64,000 nt of DNA from Bacteroidales bacterium. Its GTDB lineage: Bacteria; Bacteroidota; Bacteroidia; Bacteroidales; VadinHA17. The position numbers were made by a program, and so were the translations under genes. Shown here piece after piece: positions 28,088-38,100 of this stretch (positions within the stretch are counted from its first letter, which is position 1; each line of letters starts with the position of its first letter). The notes below the pieces were generated by a model. That model was not told the origin of the DNA. It saw only the letters and a program-made list of their open reading frames with translations, and did no database searches. The DNA is taken from NCBI GenBank assembly GCA_049294275.1, contig JBAQCQ010000076.1, positions 3,066 to 67,065 of the forward strand, read 5' to 3'.

Positions 28088-30619
28088 ATGAACAAATGGA
28101 TCCTATATATTATTGTCATATTGCTTACTGACAGCCTGTACGGTCAGGATTGCACTATTTTCTCCAAGGCAAACAACATTACGCCTGACAAGCTCTGTTC
28201 GCCCGTCACGGCCACATGGAATGTAAGCTACACGGGTGTCAATGATGCCGGCACTCCCGTTCACATCAGGTTTGACTGGAATAACGGTGTTGTTGAAACG
28301 GTACCGGCTATACGCACGGCTCCCGGTGTTTTTGAGGCCACGGCAATAGTAACATATACATCTGCGGGCAGTATATGCAATTATCATCCGCAGGCCACGC
28401 TGATAGTGAACGGTGTGCTCTGCACCTCGTCTTCACAGGAACAAATTGTTACAGTCTGGGATGATGATGATCATAACGGGGGTTATATGCATATAAGCCC
28501 CGAGGTATATCCCATCTGTTTCGGGAACAGCGCCAATGTCCGTTTCCAGGACCTGACGCAGTTCAACTGTGTTCCTCCGCAGGAAAGTGATAATCCCAAT
28601 GTCGGCACAAGGTGGATTCAGTGGATTTACGGTACGGATATTACAATGACCGGTACTCCTGTCACTGTTGACGGCAGGGCAAGGACTTTTCCCTATACGG
28701 ACAACGTCATTACGCTTACCGGTCCGGTCACCGGTTCAGGTGTATGGTCTGATGTCATTTTTGTAGACTCTGACAAGCTGATAGGGCAGTATTTCGAAGT
28801 GACCCTCCGGAACTGGAACTACTGCAACCCCTATGATGATCCGGCCATACCCGGCGGTCCGCACGATCGTGTTAACGGCGATCATCCGCCTGTTGTGACA
28901 ACTGCAATAATACTTATTGTTCCATACCCTGACGCAACTATTACCCCGGTGGCCTCCATGTGTGCAAATGCCCCTCCCGTCACCCTCTCCGCTCATGATC
29001 CCGGAGGAACATGGTCAGGCGCCGGGATTTCGGGAAATATTTTCGATCCAGCTATCTCCGGGCCCGGCAACCACACCGTCAGGTATGAGATTGTCAATGC
29101 CAGCGGTTGCTGCGATTTTGATGAAACAATAATTACGGTTGCGCCGGTACCCGATGCCACGATACTTACCGAGGGTATAGTATGCTCCACAGATCCTGTT
29201 GTGGTTCTGCAGGCCCGTGATCCGGGAGGCATTTGGTCTGGAACAGGTGTTTCAGGGAATATTTTTTACCCTGCTGTTGCTAATACCGGCAATCATTTCA
29301 TATCATATTCCATTACTGACGCCAGCGGATGTTCGGACACGGACGATGCTACAATTACCGTGGCCACACCGGATGCCACAATAACACCGGTTGACACTCT
29401 CTGCGAAGACAGTCCTGCGGTTACTCTTCTGGCTCATGACCTGGGAGGCATCTGGTCGGGCCCGGGAGTTGTGGGCAACCAGTTCGTACCGGCTCTTGCG
29501 GGTGTGGGCAACCATAAGATCCGCTACAACATCATCAATACTGACTGCAGTGACAATGACAGCACGGTCATCACTGTCATGCCCCTTCCGAGCATTATCA
29601 TTGCAGAGCCCGGCACTGTCTTTCTCAACGGACCGGCGGTGCCCGTAACTGCATATCCCACAGGAGGTACCTGGACAGGCACGGGAATGACGGGAGACAT
29701 ATTCAACCCTGCTGAGGCCGGTCTGGGAACGCATATCCTGACCTATTCAATGACCCCTCAGAGCTGGGGCTGCGCCGCCTCTCGCTCTGTACTGGTTACT
29801 GTGATCCTGCCTCCACCGCCTGTGGCTGATTTTGAAGGCGACGCCGCCGGATGCGCACCGCTGACAGTAAGGTTCATTAACAAAAGTGTACACGGGGAGA
29901 GTTATACCTGGGACTTTGGCGACAGGCAGTATTCAGCCGAGAAGGAACCGGTACATACATATTTTGTGCCGGGAGATTATGTTATAAAGCTGACTGTCAG
30001 AAACCTTGCCGGCGAATCAGTGCGTAACGGAATCGTAAGAGTCTATCAGAATCCGTCAGCAATCTTTGATGCATATCCTGTAAATGTGATCAACAATGAG
30101 CAGATCGTGATTTTTTACAGCTACTCATATTTTGCCGATAACTATTTATGGAGGTTTGGCGATGGTGAAACCTCTACTGAAGAGAATCCTTATCACAAAT
30201 ACGAAAAGGAGGGAACCTATAATGTGTCACTGATGGTAACCACCAGCGAGGGCTGTGTTGATTCTGCATCCATGGCGACACCGGTATTGGTGGAATGGAA
30301 GACCGGAGATATTAAGTTCCCCAATGTTTTCAAATGGAACGAAACAGGTCCTACCGGCGGGCAATGGGATGAGGGTGTCTACCCGGGGATGGATAATGTC
30401 TTCAGGCCATTCTTTGAAAATGTAATTGAGTACAGGCTGCAGATATTCAACAGGTGGGGCAATCTCATTTACGAGAGTCATGACCTTCAGAAGGGATGGG
30501 ACGGGTACTTCGGTAACGGGAACCTGGCGCCCCAGGGGGTCTATGTCTGGAAGGTAAACGGCCGGTATGCTGACGGCGAATACTTTGACATGGTGGGTGA
30601 TGTGACCTTCCTGCATTAA
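28088..30619 (+). CDS. T9SS type-B (gliding-motility-associated C-terminal domain) secreted adhesin-like protein with Ig-like repeats and two PKD domains
   Basis: Signal peptide, four ~73-aa Cys-containing repeats, PKD motifs (YTWDFGD, YLWRFGDGETS) and a C-terminal FPNVF...FRPF...LQIFNRWGNLIYES...GWDG...VYVWKV CTD. Confidence 0.8.
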   Translation: MNKWILYIIVILLTDSLYGQDCTIFSKANNITPDKLCSPVTATWNVSYTGVNDAGTPVHIRFDWNNGVVETVPAIRTAPGVFEATAIVTYTSAGSICNYHPQATLIVNGVLCTSSSQEQIVTVWDDDDHNGGYMHISPEVYPICFGNSANVRFQDLTQFNCVPPQESDNPNVGTRWIQWIYGTDITMTGTPVTVDGRARTFPYTDNVITLTGPVTGSGVWSDVIFVDSDKLIGQYFEVTLRNWNYCNPYDDPAIPGGPHDRVNGDHPPVVTTAIILIVPYPDATITPVASMCANAPPVTLSAHDPGGTWSGAGISGNIFDPAISGPGNHTVRYEIVNASGCCDFDETIITVAPVPDATILTEGIVCSTDPVVVLQARDPGGIWSGTGVSGNIFYPAVANTGNHFISYSITDASGCSDTDDATITVATPDATITPVDTLCEDSPAVTLLAHDLGGIWSGPGVVGNQFVPALAGVGNHKIRYNIINTDCSDNDSTVITVMPLPSIIIAEPGTVFLNGPAVPVTAYPTGGTWTGTGMTGDIFNPAEAGLGTHILTYSMTPQSWGCAASRSVLVTVILPPPPVADFEGDAAGCAPLTVRFINKSVHGESYTWDFGDRQYSAEKEPVHTYFVPGDYVIKLTVRNLAGESVRNGIVRVYQNPSAIFDAYPVNVINNEQIVIFYSYSYFADNYLWRFGDGETSTEENPYHKYEKEGTYNVSLMVTTSEGCVDSASMATPVLVEWKTGDIKFPNVFKWNETGPTGGQWDEGVYPGMDNVFRPFFENVIEYRLQIFNRWGNLIYESHDLQKGWDGYFGNGNLAPQGVYVWKVNGRYADGEYFDMVGDVTFLH
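28928..29816 (+). repeat. Four tandem ~73-codon Ig-like repeats within the adhesin gene
   Basis: PDATITPV.S.C...P.VTL.AHDPGGxWSGxGxSGNIF.PA..G.GNH.I.Y.I....C.D.D...ITV recurs four times. Divergent at the DNA level. Confidence 0.75.
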
Positions 30620-33579
30620 AATGCAGGTGGTTTCATTACCACTCCGAGTTTCTTCCGTCCGTCGATCCTGATGGTCAGAGGCTCCGGGAACCTCACATGC
30701 CTCAGGAAGGTGTCTTCATACACAGCCTCCGTCCCTGAGAGGAAGTCATAATCGACAAATCCGTCGCTGATATACGGGTTGACGGTAAAATAGCCTACCC
30801 TGAAAGCAGTAAGATTCTGAAAAAAGTGAGTGCCCTGGCTCGGGTCGATGCGGTAGTTCTCAAGTCCCGACTCGACTATAAGCCTGGCTGCGGAGATCTG
30901 CGGCCATTTAACGGGTATCCCGAGCCACGGATCACTGGACCCCCATCTGCCGGGTCCGACAAGGATATAATGGTTATCCTCCTTCAGAAACCGGTCATTC
31001 AGTTCATTAAGCCTGGCTGCAGTATCCATATTCTTTGAGGCATCGAAGTTTTCTGTCCGGATATAGATCAGATCACGGATTCCTTCGATGGTCCCGTTCC
31101 CCAGGGCTGATTTTGAGGAGATTATTGTTTCGCTCTGCGCGATATTTTCCAGTCTGAACCTGACGGTCTCAAAATATTCAACTATCGGTCTTATCTGCAG
31201 CAGGTTGAAAAGGTTTGGCTTCTTCCTTGCAGGGTCAATATTTACGGCGAATTCTATTTCTACCGGGTTGTTCAGCTGTTGCTGGCCGATCTGAAGAATA
31301 GTCCTGAGGATTTCAGGAAGGGGCAGGAGATCATATTTCAGTATATTCGAGAAGGTGATCACTTTTTTCTCTCCCCCGATAAACTCGTCTCTGAGGATAT
31401 CATCCTGGTAATCGTAGGTCGATGCCACGAATTTAAGCGAATCGTCATTTTCAGCGTCACTGATCTTCAGCCTGAGGAGGTTTACCGTATCATCAGTGCT
31501 TGGAACAAAGCTTGCCGGGTTGAGATCGAGGGCATAGAACTCCTGCTGGGTCTCGCGGAGAGCCATCTTCGTATCAGAGAGCTGGATGATCTTCCTGGGG
31601 TGTCCGGGCGAAAATCTGAGGGAAATGCCACCGTCGACGATGTATTTTCCCAGGCCGAAGGCCAGGCTGACAAATCCCTCTTCGGATTTCTCCGGTTCGA
31701 TGGGGTAGAAATTTACGGATCTGGCAACACCCGAAACAGTAGGGTAAAACCGGTTTTCATACTGCTCTCCGCAGACCTCCTGAAGGACGATCCCCATTTT
31801 TTCTTCCTCGATGAGGTTTTCAGTCGCCTTCATGTAGTCTTTACTTCCCTTGTAGAATACCGATGCATACACGCTTTTGATCGCGGTGCTGAGCAGTTCG
31901 AGCATGACAGCGTCATCGGAAGCCTTCGGGATCATGTAGGTGGAATAGACACCGGCGAATGGCTGGAAGTGAGAATCCTCAAGCAGGCTCGAGGAACGTA
32001 CTGCCACCGGGCCGTTTATTATCGAGATGAAGACGAAAAGATCCTTATGAATTCTCACCGGGAGTCTTGCACTGACGAAGGCGTCAAGTATCTGCCTGTC
32101 ACTTAGGTCTGAGAGACCAATCTGGTAAAGATTGTTCGAGGACATGAACTCATCGAAGACATCGGTGCACAGGGCCACGGTGCGCGGTATCGAAACGACA
32201 GTCTCTTCAAGGTTTTCAAAGTACCGGTTCTGCTTGATCAGGTAATCGAGAAAAGCCAGACCTCGGGCCTTTCCTCCCATGGAACCCTCTCCGATTCGCG
32301 TGAAAGCCAGGTATTCGTCAAAGTGCTCACGGTAAAAATCGGCTACGATGCCATGGCCTTTGTTAAGCCTGAAGTTGGCAATTGTATCAAAGATAAAGCG
32401 ACGGGCCTGGTCGATGCTGGCAAAATCGTCAAGCCGGACCTCTTTGAGAAACTCTGCCAGGGAAAATAGAGCGCGGGCATAGAGCCATTTTGAGAGATGG
32501 TTTCTTGAGAGGTGATAACGCAAAGAATTATCAGGTATGTCAAACAGCCTGCGCTGAAAACCCTGGAGGTCTGCAATCCTGGCAATCTCCTGGCCTGTAT
32601 CAGGGTCTGTGAAAACAAAATCCCCGAATGAGCAGTGTTTCTTGAGAAGTGATTTCAGCTCAAGGGGAAGGGCTCTGGAGGCGCTGTTCAGAAATGCATC
32701 GCCATATTCGGCAGCAAGCTTTTCATTTTCAGGATTGGCAGATTTTATTATAACGGGCAGGTTGGAGTCATAGTTTTTTATCTCCCTGCAGAAGCCGGCC
32801 AGAATGGCTGTGCCATCAGAGGTACCCGTCCTGAAGTCTGCATCCGCGATGACACCCAGGAGCAGACTCTTGTGTTTTCCGAAGAGTCGTCCTGCCTCTT
32901 CGAAGCCTGCGGCAAGCAGGATCCTGGGCCTTCCTCTCATCTGCATCATTTTCTGGTGCTCGTTGAGGCCTTCGATCATGTATTCGCGCGACTGTTCCAG
33001 GATTATTGAGTAGAGATGGCGGAGCGACAGGGAAGCCGTTTTAAAGGAACTTTCAACCAGCAGAATCGACTGTACTCCTTCATGCCTGCTGTCTTCGTCG
33101 ATATTCATTTTATCCTCTGCAAGGCTGATTATCGGCAGAAGGATATCCGTGTTTCCCGGCCACGTGAAAACATAATCGACATTTGAGAGGTCCTCGCTGT
33201 TGAGCCTCAGGGTAATTTCACGCGAGTCAGGTGCAAGAATGACGAGAGGTTTTTCAGGATAGGCTTTTTTTATTTCAAGTGAGAGTTCAAACGGATCCTG
33301 ATCGCTGATACTGAGCATGTTTATGATCAGGTCAATCTGTTTTGAGCCCAGGGCCTGCATTGCTTCCCGGGCGGATGTTACGTGGACAAACCGCGGGGGG
33401 TAGCGCAAATTGAACGATACATAGTCATTGAAAACCTTTTCATCTATTTTCCCGTCCTCCTCCATTATGAATGCATCGTACCTGCTGCAGATCAGGAGGA
33501 CATACTGAACCCTTTTCTGCATCAGAAGCTCAAAGGAGGTTTCCCTGAAAATACTCTTCCTGGGCTTGTGCATCGTCAC
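30616..33579 (-). CDS. Receiver-like plus PEP/pyruvate-binding (PPDK_N ATP-grasp) domain protein of unknown function
   Basis: 987 aa. Two CheY-like modules, GGKARGLAFLDYL, VAVRSSSLLEDS, IVLQEVCGEQYENRFYP and a C-terminal GPGRWGSSDPWLGIPVKWPQI...QGTHFFQN. No swivel-His or PEP-utiliser C-terminal motifs seen. Confidence 0.7.
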   Translation of the reverse strand: MTMHKPRKSIFRETSFELLMQKRVQYVLLICSRYDAFIMEEDGKIDEKVFNDYVSFNLRYPPRFVHVTSAREAMQALGSKQIDLIINMLSISDQDPFELSLEIKKAYPEKPLVILAPDSREITLRLNSEDLSNVDYVFTWPGNTDILLPIISLAEDKMNIDEDSRHEGVQSILLVESSFKTASLSLRHLYSIILEQSREYMIEGLNEHQKMMQMRGRPRILLAAGFEEAGRLFGKHKSLLLGVIADADFRTGTSDGTAILAGFCREIKNYDSNLPVIIKSANPENEKLAAEYGDAFLNSASRALPLELKSLLKKHCSFGDFVFTDPDTGQEIARIADLQGFQRRLFDIPDNSLRYHLSRNHLSKWLYARALFSLAEFLKEVRLDDFASIDQARRFIFDTIANFRLNKGHGIVADFYREHFDEYLAFTRIGEGSMGGKARGLAFLDYLIKQNRYFENLEETVVSIPRTVALCTDVFDEFMSSNNLYQIGLSDLSDRQILDAFVSARLPVRIHKDLFVFISIINGPVAVRSSSLLEDSHFQPFAGVYSTYMIPKASDDAVMLELLSTAIKSVYASVFYKGSKDYMKATENLIEEEKMGIVLQEVCGEQYENRFYPTVSGVARSVNFYPIEPEKSEEGFVSLAFGLGKYIVDGGISLRFSPGHPRKIIQLSDTKMALRETQQEFYALDLNPASFVPSTDDTVNLLRLKISDAENDDSLKFVASTYDYQDDILRDEFIGGEKKVITFSNILKYDLLPLPEILRTILQIGQQQLNNPVEIEFAVNIDPARKKPNLFNLLQIRPIVEYFETVRFRLENIAQSETIISSKSALGNGTIEGIRDLIYIRTENFDASKNMDTAARLNELNDRFLKEDNHYILVGPGRWGSSDPWLGIPVKWPQISAARLIVESGLENYRIDPSQGTHFFQNLTAFRVGYFTVNPYISDGFVDYDFLSGTEAVYEDTFLRHVRFPEPLTIRIDGRKKLGVVMKPPAF

Positions 33580-33585
33580 GGTTTT

Positions 33586-33640
33586 AAACAGAAGAAAATG
33601 CCTGTACCTGCCCCGTGTGTCAGTGGGTTGGGTACAGGCA
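33586..33640 (-). terminator. Candidate intrinsic terminator or attenuator between gdhA and the downstream ATP-grasp gene
   Basis: 10-bp stem (TGCCTGTACC 33599-33608 / GGTACAGGCA 33631-33640) with a 22-nt loop. On the minus strand it is followed by ATTTTCTTCTGTT. Confidence 0.45.
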
Positions 33641-33651
33641 GATATCAGGGT

Positions 33652-34995
33652 TTAAACAAGACCCTGTGCGAGCATGGCTTCGGCAACCTTGACAAAGCCG
33701 CCGATATTGGCGCCATTGACATAGTTGATGTAACCGTCTTTCTGTGTCCCGTATTTGACACAGGTTGCATGGATATCTCTCATAATGCGGTGCAGCCTGG
33801 TATCAACCTCTTCCCTTGACCATGAAAGGCGCATTGAATTCTGCGTCATTTCAAGTCCTGAAGTGGCTACCCCGCCGGCATTTGCAGCCTTACCGGGGCC
33901 GAACAGGATTTTATGATGGAGGAAGACGTTGACAGCGTCGGGAGTAGATGGCATGTTGGCTCCTTCCGAGACGACGAAGCACCCGTTTTTGACGAGAAGT
34001 TCGGCATCGGCTCCAGTGATTTCATTCTGTGTGGCAGAAGGCAGGGCTACCTGGCAGGGCACCTCCCACGGTGTTGCCTTACCCTCAACGTACCGGCACT
34101 TGTATTTATCGGCATACTCCTTGATTCTGCCTCTCTTGACATTCTTCAGGTTCTTGACGAAGGCAAGTTTTTCCTCATTAAAACCATCAGGGTCATGGAT
34201 ATAGCCATTGGAGTCAGACATGGTGACCACTTTGGCACCCATCTGTATGGCTTTTTCAGTTGCGAACTGAGCCACATTGCCTGAGCCCGAGACGGTGCAG
34301 ATCTTGTTTTTAAGACTGTCACCTCTTGTATTGAGCATCTCTTCGGCGAAATAGACCTGGCCGTAGCCGGTTGCCTCAAGCCGGATAAGGCTGCCGCCCC
34401 AGTCAAGCCCTTTCCCGGTCAGCACACCGGTAAACTCATTGCGCAGCCTCTTGTACTGTCCGAACAGGAAGCCGATCTCCCTGCCGCCAACGCCTATATC
34501 ACCGGCCGGGACGTCGGTGTCTGCACCGACATGCCTGAAGAGTTCACTCATGAACGACTGGCAGAAGCGCATTACTTCGTTGTCTGACTTTTCCTTGGGA
34601 TCAAAGTCGGAACCGCCCTTACCTCCGCCCATTGGCAGGGTTGTAAGGCTGTTTTTAAGTACTTGCTCGAAAGCAAGGAATTTCAGGATACCCAGGTTCA
34701 CAGTCGGGTGGAAGCGTAAGCCGCCTTTATAGGGGCCTATTGCGCTGTTCATCTCTATCCTGTACCCCCTGTTGATCTGGATTTCTCCCTTATCGTCCAT
34801 CCAGGGGACTCTGAAGATTATGATTCTTTCAGGCTCAGACATCCTTTCCAGGATCTTCGCAGAGCGGTACTTCGGATTTTCGAGTATAAAAGGCATCAGG
34901 GACTCCGTCACCTCTCTGACTGCCTGGTGAAATTCAACCTCACCGGGGTTTTTGGCAATAACTTTCGCCATGAAATCTTCTACAGGGTTCGACAT
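33652..34995 (-). CDS. gdhA: NADP-specific glutamate dehydrogenase
   Basis: 447 aa. FRVPWMDDKGE, GPYKGGLRFHP, LPMGGGKGGSDFDPK (catalytic Lys box), GSGNVA dinucleotide motif. Confidence 0.93.
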   Translation of the reverse strand: MSNPVEDFMAKVIAKNPGEVEFHQAVREVTESLMPFILENPKYRSAKILERMSEPERIIIFRVPWMDDKGEIQINRGYRIEMNSAIGPYKGGLRFHPTVNLGILKFLAFEQVLKNSLTTLPMGGGKGGSDFDPKEKSDNEVMRFCQSFMSELFRHVGADTDVPAGDIGVGGREIGFLFGQYKRLRNEFTGVLTGKGLDWGGSLIRLEATGYGQVYFAEEMLNTRGDSLKNKICTVSGSGNVAQFATEKAIQMGAKVVTMSDSNGYIHDPDGFNEEKLAFVKNLKNVKRGRIKEYADKYKCRYVEGKATPWEVPCQVALPSATQNEITGADAELLVKNGCFVVSEGANMPSTPDAVNVFLHHKILFGPGKAANAGGVATSGLEMTQNSMRLSWSREEVDTRLHRIMRDIHATCVKYGTQKDGYINYVNGANIGGFVKVAEAMLAQGLV

Positions 34996-35031
34996 AGTAA
35001 TAGGTTTTTGGGATTAGTGGATCTTAAGGAA

Positions 35032-35039
35032 CAAATTTA
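35032..35039 (-). promoter_or_regulatory. Candidate Bacteroidota -7 promoter box (TAAATTTG, consensus TAnnTTTG) for gdhA
   Basis: The minus-strand motif ends ~37 nt upstream of the gdhA ATG, inside the 159-bp AT-rich divergent spacer. No clear -33 TTTG was found. Confidence 0.3.
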
Positions 35040-35154
35040 TATAATAAAATTTCCATATTTTCCGACAGGTTTAAAAAAATAATCGGGTTATTATTAACTT
35101 TCAAAAGAAATTACATCGGGCAGCAAATCCCGACAATGGAGAACTGACAAGACA

Positions 35155-38100
35155 ATGGAAGACATATCCCGGTGGCAGAAGGAGATACAGAAGCTTCTGG
35201 CAGAGAAAATCCAGAGTCAGAAGGGATTATCCATTATTTACACGATAAACAAGATTATCAGCAGGAAGGACAGTGTTGAAGCAACACTGCTTGAAATTGT
35301 TAAGGAGATACCGAAGGCATGGCAGTTTTCTGAATATGCATATGCCCGCATAAAGTATGACGGCAGGGAATACCGTCCTGATGATTTCAGGGAGTCACGC
35401 TGGATTCAGAAGCAGGTATTTGAGACTTATGAAAAAAAATGGGGGGCTATTGATGTATTCTATACCAAACAGTTTCCCAGGGCTGACGAGGGACCGTTCC
35501 TTCATGAGGAGAGGCAATTGCTTGAGAACATTGCGACAATTGTCTCGAACTTCCTGAATTCCCGTCTGGCGGAGGGCCGGACTGAAGAAGTTGAGGAGGA
35601 AAGCGCACTGAGGCTTGAACAGTCGCGGAAACAGAGCGAGGAAAAGAATATTCATGACACATTGACCCAGATTTGCAGGAATATGCCCAGGTCTTGGAAC
35701 TATCCTGAGTATGCGGTTGCAAGGATTGTTTACGGAGGCAGGGAGTACCTCAGTTCTGACAAGGACTTTGAAGATCACAAATGGTGCCTGAAGGAGGAGT
35801 TTACCACAATTGACAGGAGGTCAGGCAAGATAGAGTTCTATTACCTGAAGGGTTTTCCGGTTACAGATGAGGAGACCTACCTGAAGTCCGAGGCCGTGTT
35901 ACTGAGCAACATGGCAAACCTTATCACCGGTTTTTTGAATATTATCAAGGGCAATGAAATCATAAATCCTGCTGAAAGGGGTGAGGCACAACCCGACGAA
36001 ACTGAAGGCAACACAAGGATAATTGTCACAATCAATGAAATCTCAAATCGGCTCAGGAACGGGCTTTCGATTGACACCACCCTGGGCGAGATAGTCAATA
36101 TAATTCCGGGAGCGTTCCGCTCTCCGGGGCAGATAAAATGCCGGATTAAATACGACGAAAAGGAGTACTCCTCATCAGGTATGGCTGAAACTCCGGTTTT
36201 CCTTAATGCCCGTTTCAAGACGATTTCGGCCAGGATGGGGTCAGTGCAGGTATTTTACCAGGCTGACAGCCCCACCGCTGATGAAGAGCCGTTTCTGGAG
36301 GAGGAAAAACAATTTGTGGAGACCGTGGCGCTGCTTGTCTCGGGATTCATCAACCTGATTTACGGGCTTGACACCGTCATTGCGACGGAGATCGGCATGA
36401 AGAAGATCATGTACGAAAAAACGGAGCGTCTCAAGGAATTATCATGCATAAACCAGACAACCTCAATTCTTCAGGCCGAAAAATCTGTTGAAAATGCACT
36501 GAAGCAGATAGTCTATATCATTCCTGATGCCTGGCAGTACCCTGAACACACGGTCGCCAGGATCAGCTATGACGGTCAGGAATATACATCTCCGGGCTTT
36601 ATGGTTACCAAGTGGAGGCAGAGGCAGCCGTTCCTGACAATCGACGACAAAATGGGGGAGATCGAGGTATATTACACAAAGGACTTTCCCGACATGCATG
36701 AGGGCCCCTTCATGAAGGAAGAGAGGGACCTGATCAACAATATCTCGTCACTCATCTGCAACTACCTGAACTCCAGGCAGGGCGAAGTGGCAATAAGGAA
36801 GTACAGGTCGGACGAGGAGCTCAAGCAGAAGTTCGAGGCAGCAAAGGATTTTCTTCTTAACAAACGCAAACTGCTTCAGAATTTTCTGGAGAAGAACAAC
36901 TATGACCGCGACATTTTTCATGATCTCATGAAATTCAAGGTCAAGGAGATACTGATAATCGCAAACCTTTACGATGCCTACAGTCTTGAGCGTGAAGGCA
37001 AATTCTCGGATTACATCCTGGGTGTCTATTACCAGCTGAATCTCACCACCATTCCCCGAATTACGGGTGTTTCATCATTTGAGGAGGCACTTGAGAAGCT
37101 TTACCTTAAGCACTTTGACCTGATAATCATCATGGTGGGTGTTGACAAGAAGTCGCCCATGGAGATTGCACAGAAGCTAAAATCACTTTACCAGTATATA
37201 CCTATTTACCTGCTTCTAAACAACAATGAGTACATAGCCTTCTTTCAGAGCGAACAGAAACGCACCAGCCTGATTGATAATGTTTTTGTCTGGAACGGAG
37301 ATTCGCGGATCTTTTTTGCAATGGTAAAGCAACTGGAGGACTATGTCAATGTTGAGAATGACACAAAGGTGGGCTACAGCCGGATAATACTCCTGGTTGA
37401 AGACTCTGCCAAATATTACTCGCGATATATTCCCCTGCTTTACCACTGCGTGATGGAGCAGACAAGGCGCATCATCGATGATGTCAGCACCATGGATGAA
37501 CTGTACAAGGTCCTCCGCCTGAGGGTGCGTCCCAAGATCCTTATGGCTTCGAATTATGAAGAAGCCATGCGTATTTTCAAAAAGTACAACGAGTTCTTTC
37601 TGTGCCTCATAACGGATGTGAAGTTCCAGAAGGACGGCCTGTTTGATGAGAACGCCGGATTTGAACTTGTCAGGGCCATCAAAGCGGAAATCCCCGACCT
37701 GCCCACAATCATCCAGTCATCTGACAGGGAGAATGAGAAACAGGCAAAGGAGCTTAACTGTGTCTTTATCTACAAGAACTCTGATACCCTGGCCCAGGAC
37801 ATAAGGAACTTCATCAGTTTCCATCTCGGGTTTGGCGATTTCATCTACAAGGATGAAACCGGGAGGACCATCGGTACAGCCAAGAACATGAATGAGTTTG
37901 AGATTCAGCTTCAGTCCATTCCCACAGAGACCCTGTTGTACCATGCCCGCAAGAATCATTTCTCGCTGTGGCTTACCGCCCGTGGTGAGATTCAGCTTGC
38001 CAGGGAGATAGCTCCCAAGAAAATCAGCGATTTCAGGAATGCCGAATCGCTGAGAGACTACCTGGTTGACGCTGTAAAGAGGCTCAAATACGAGAAGAAC

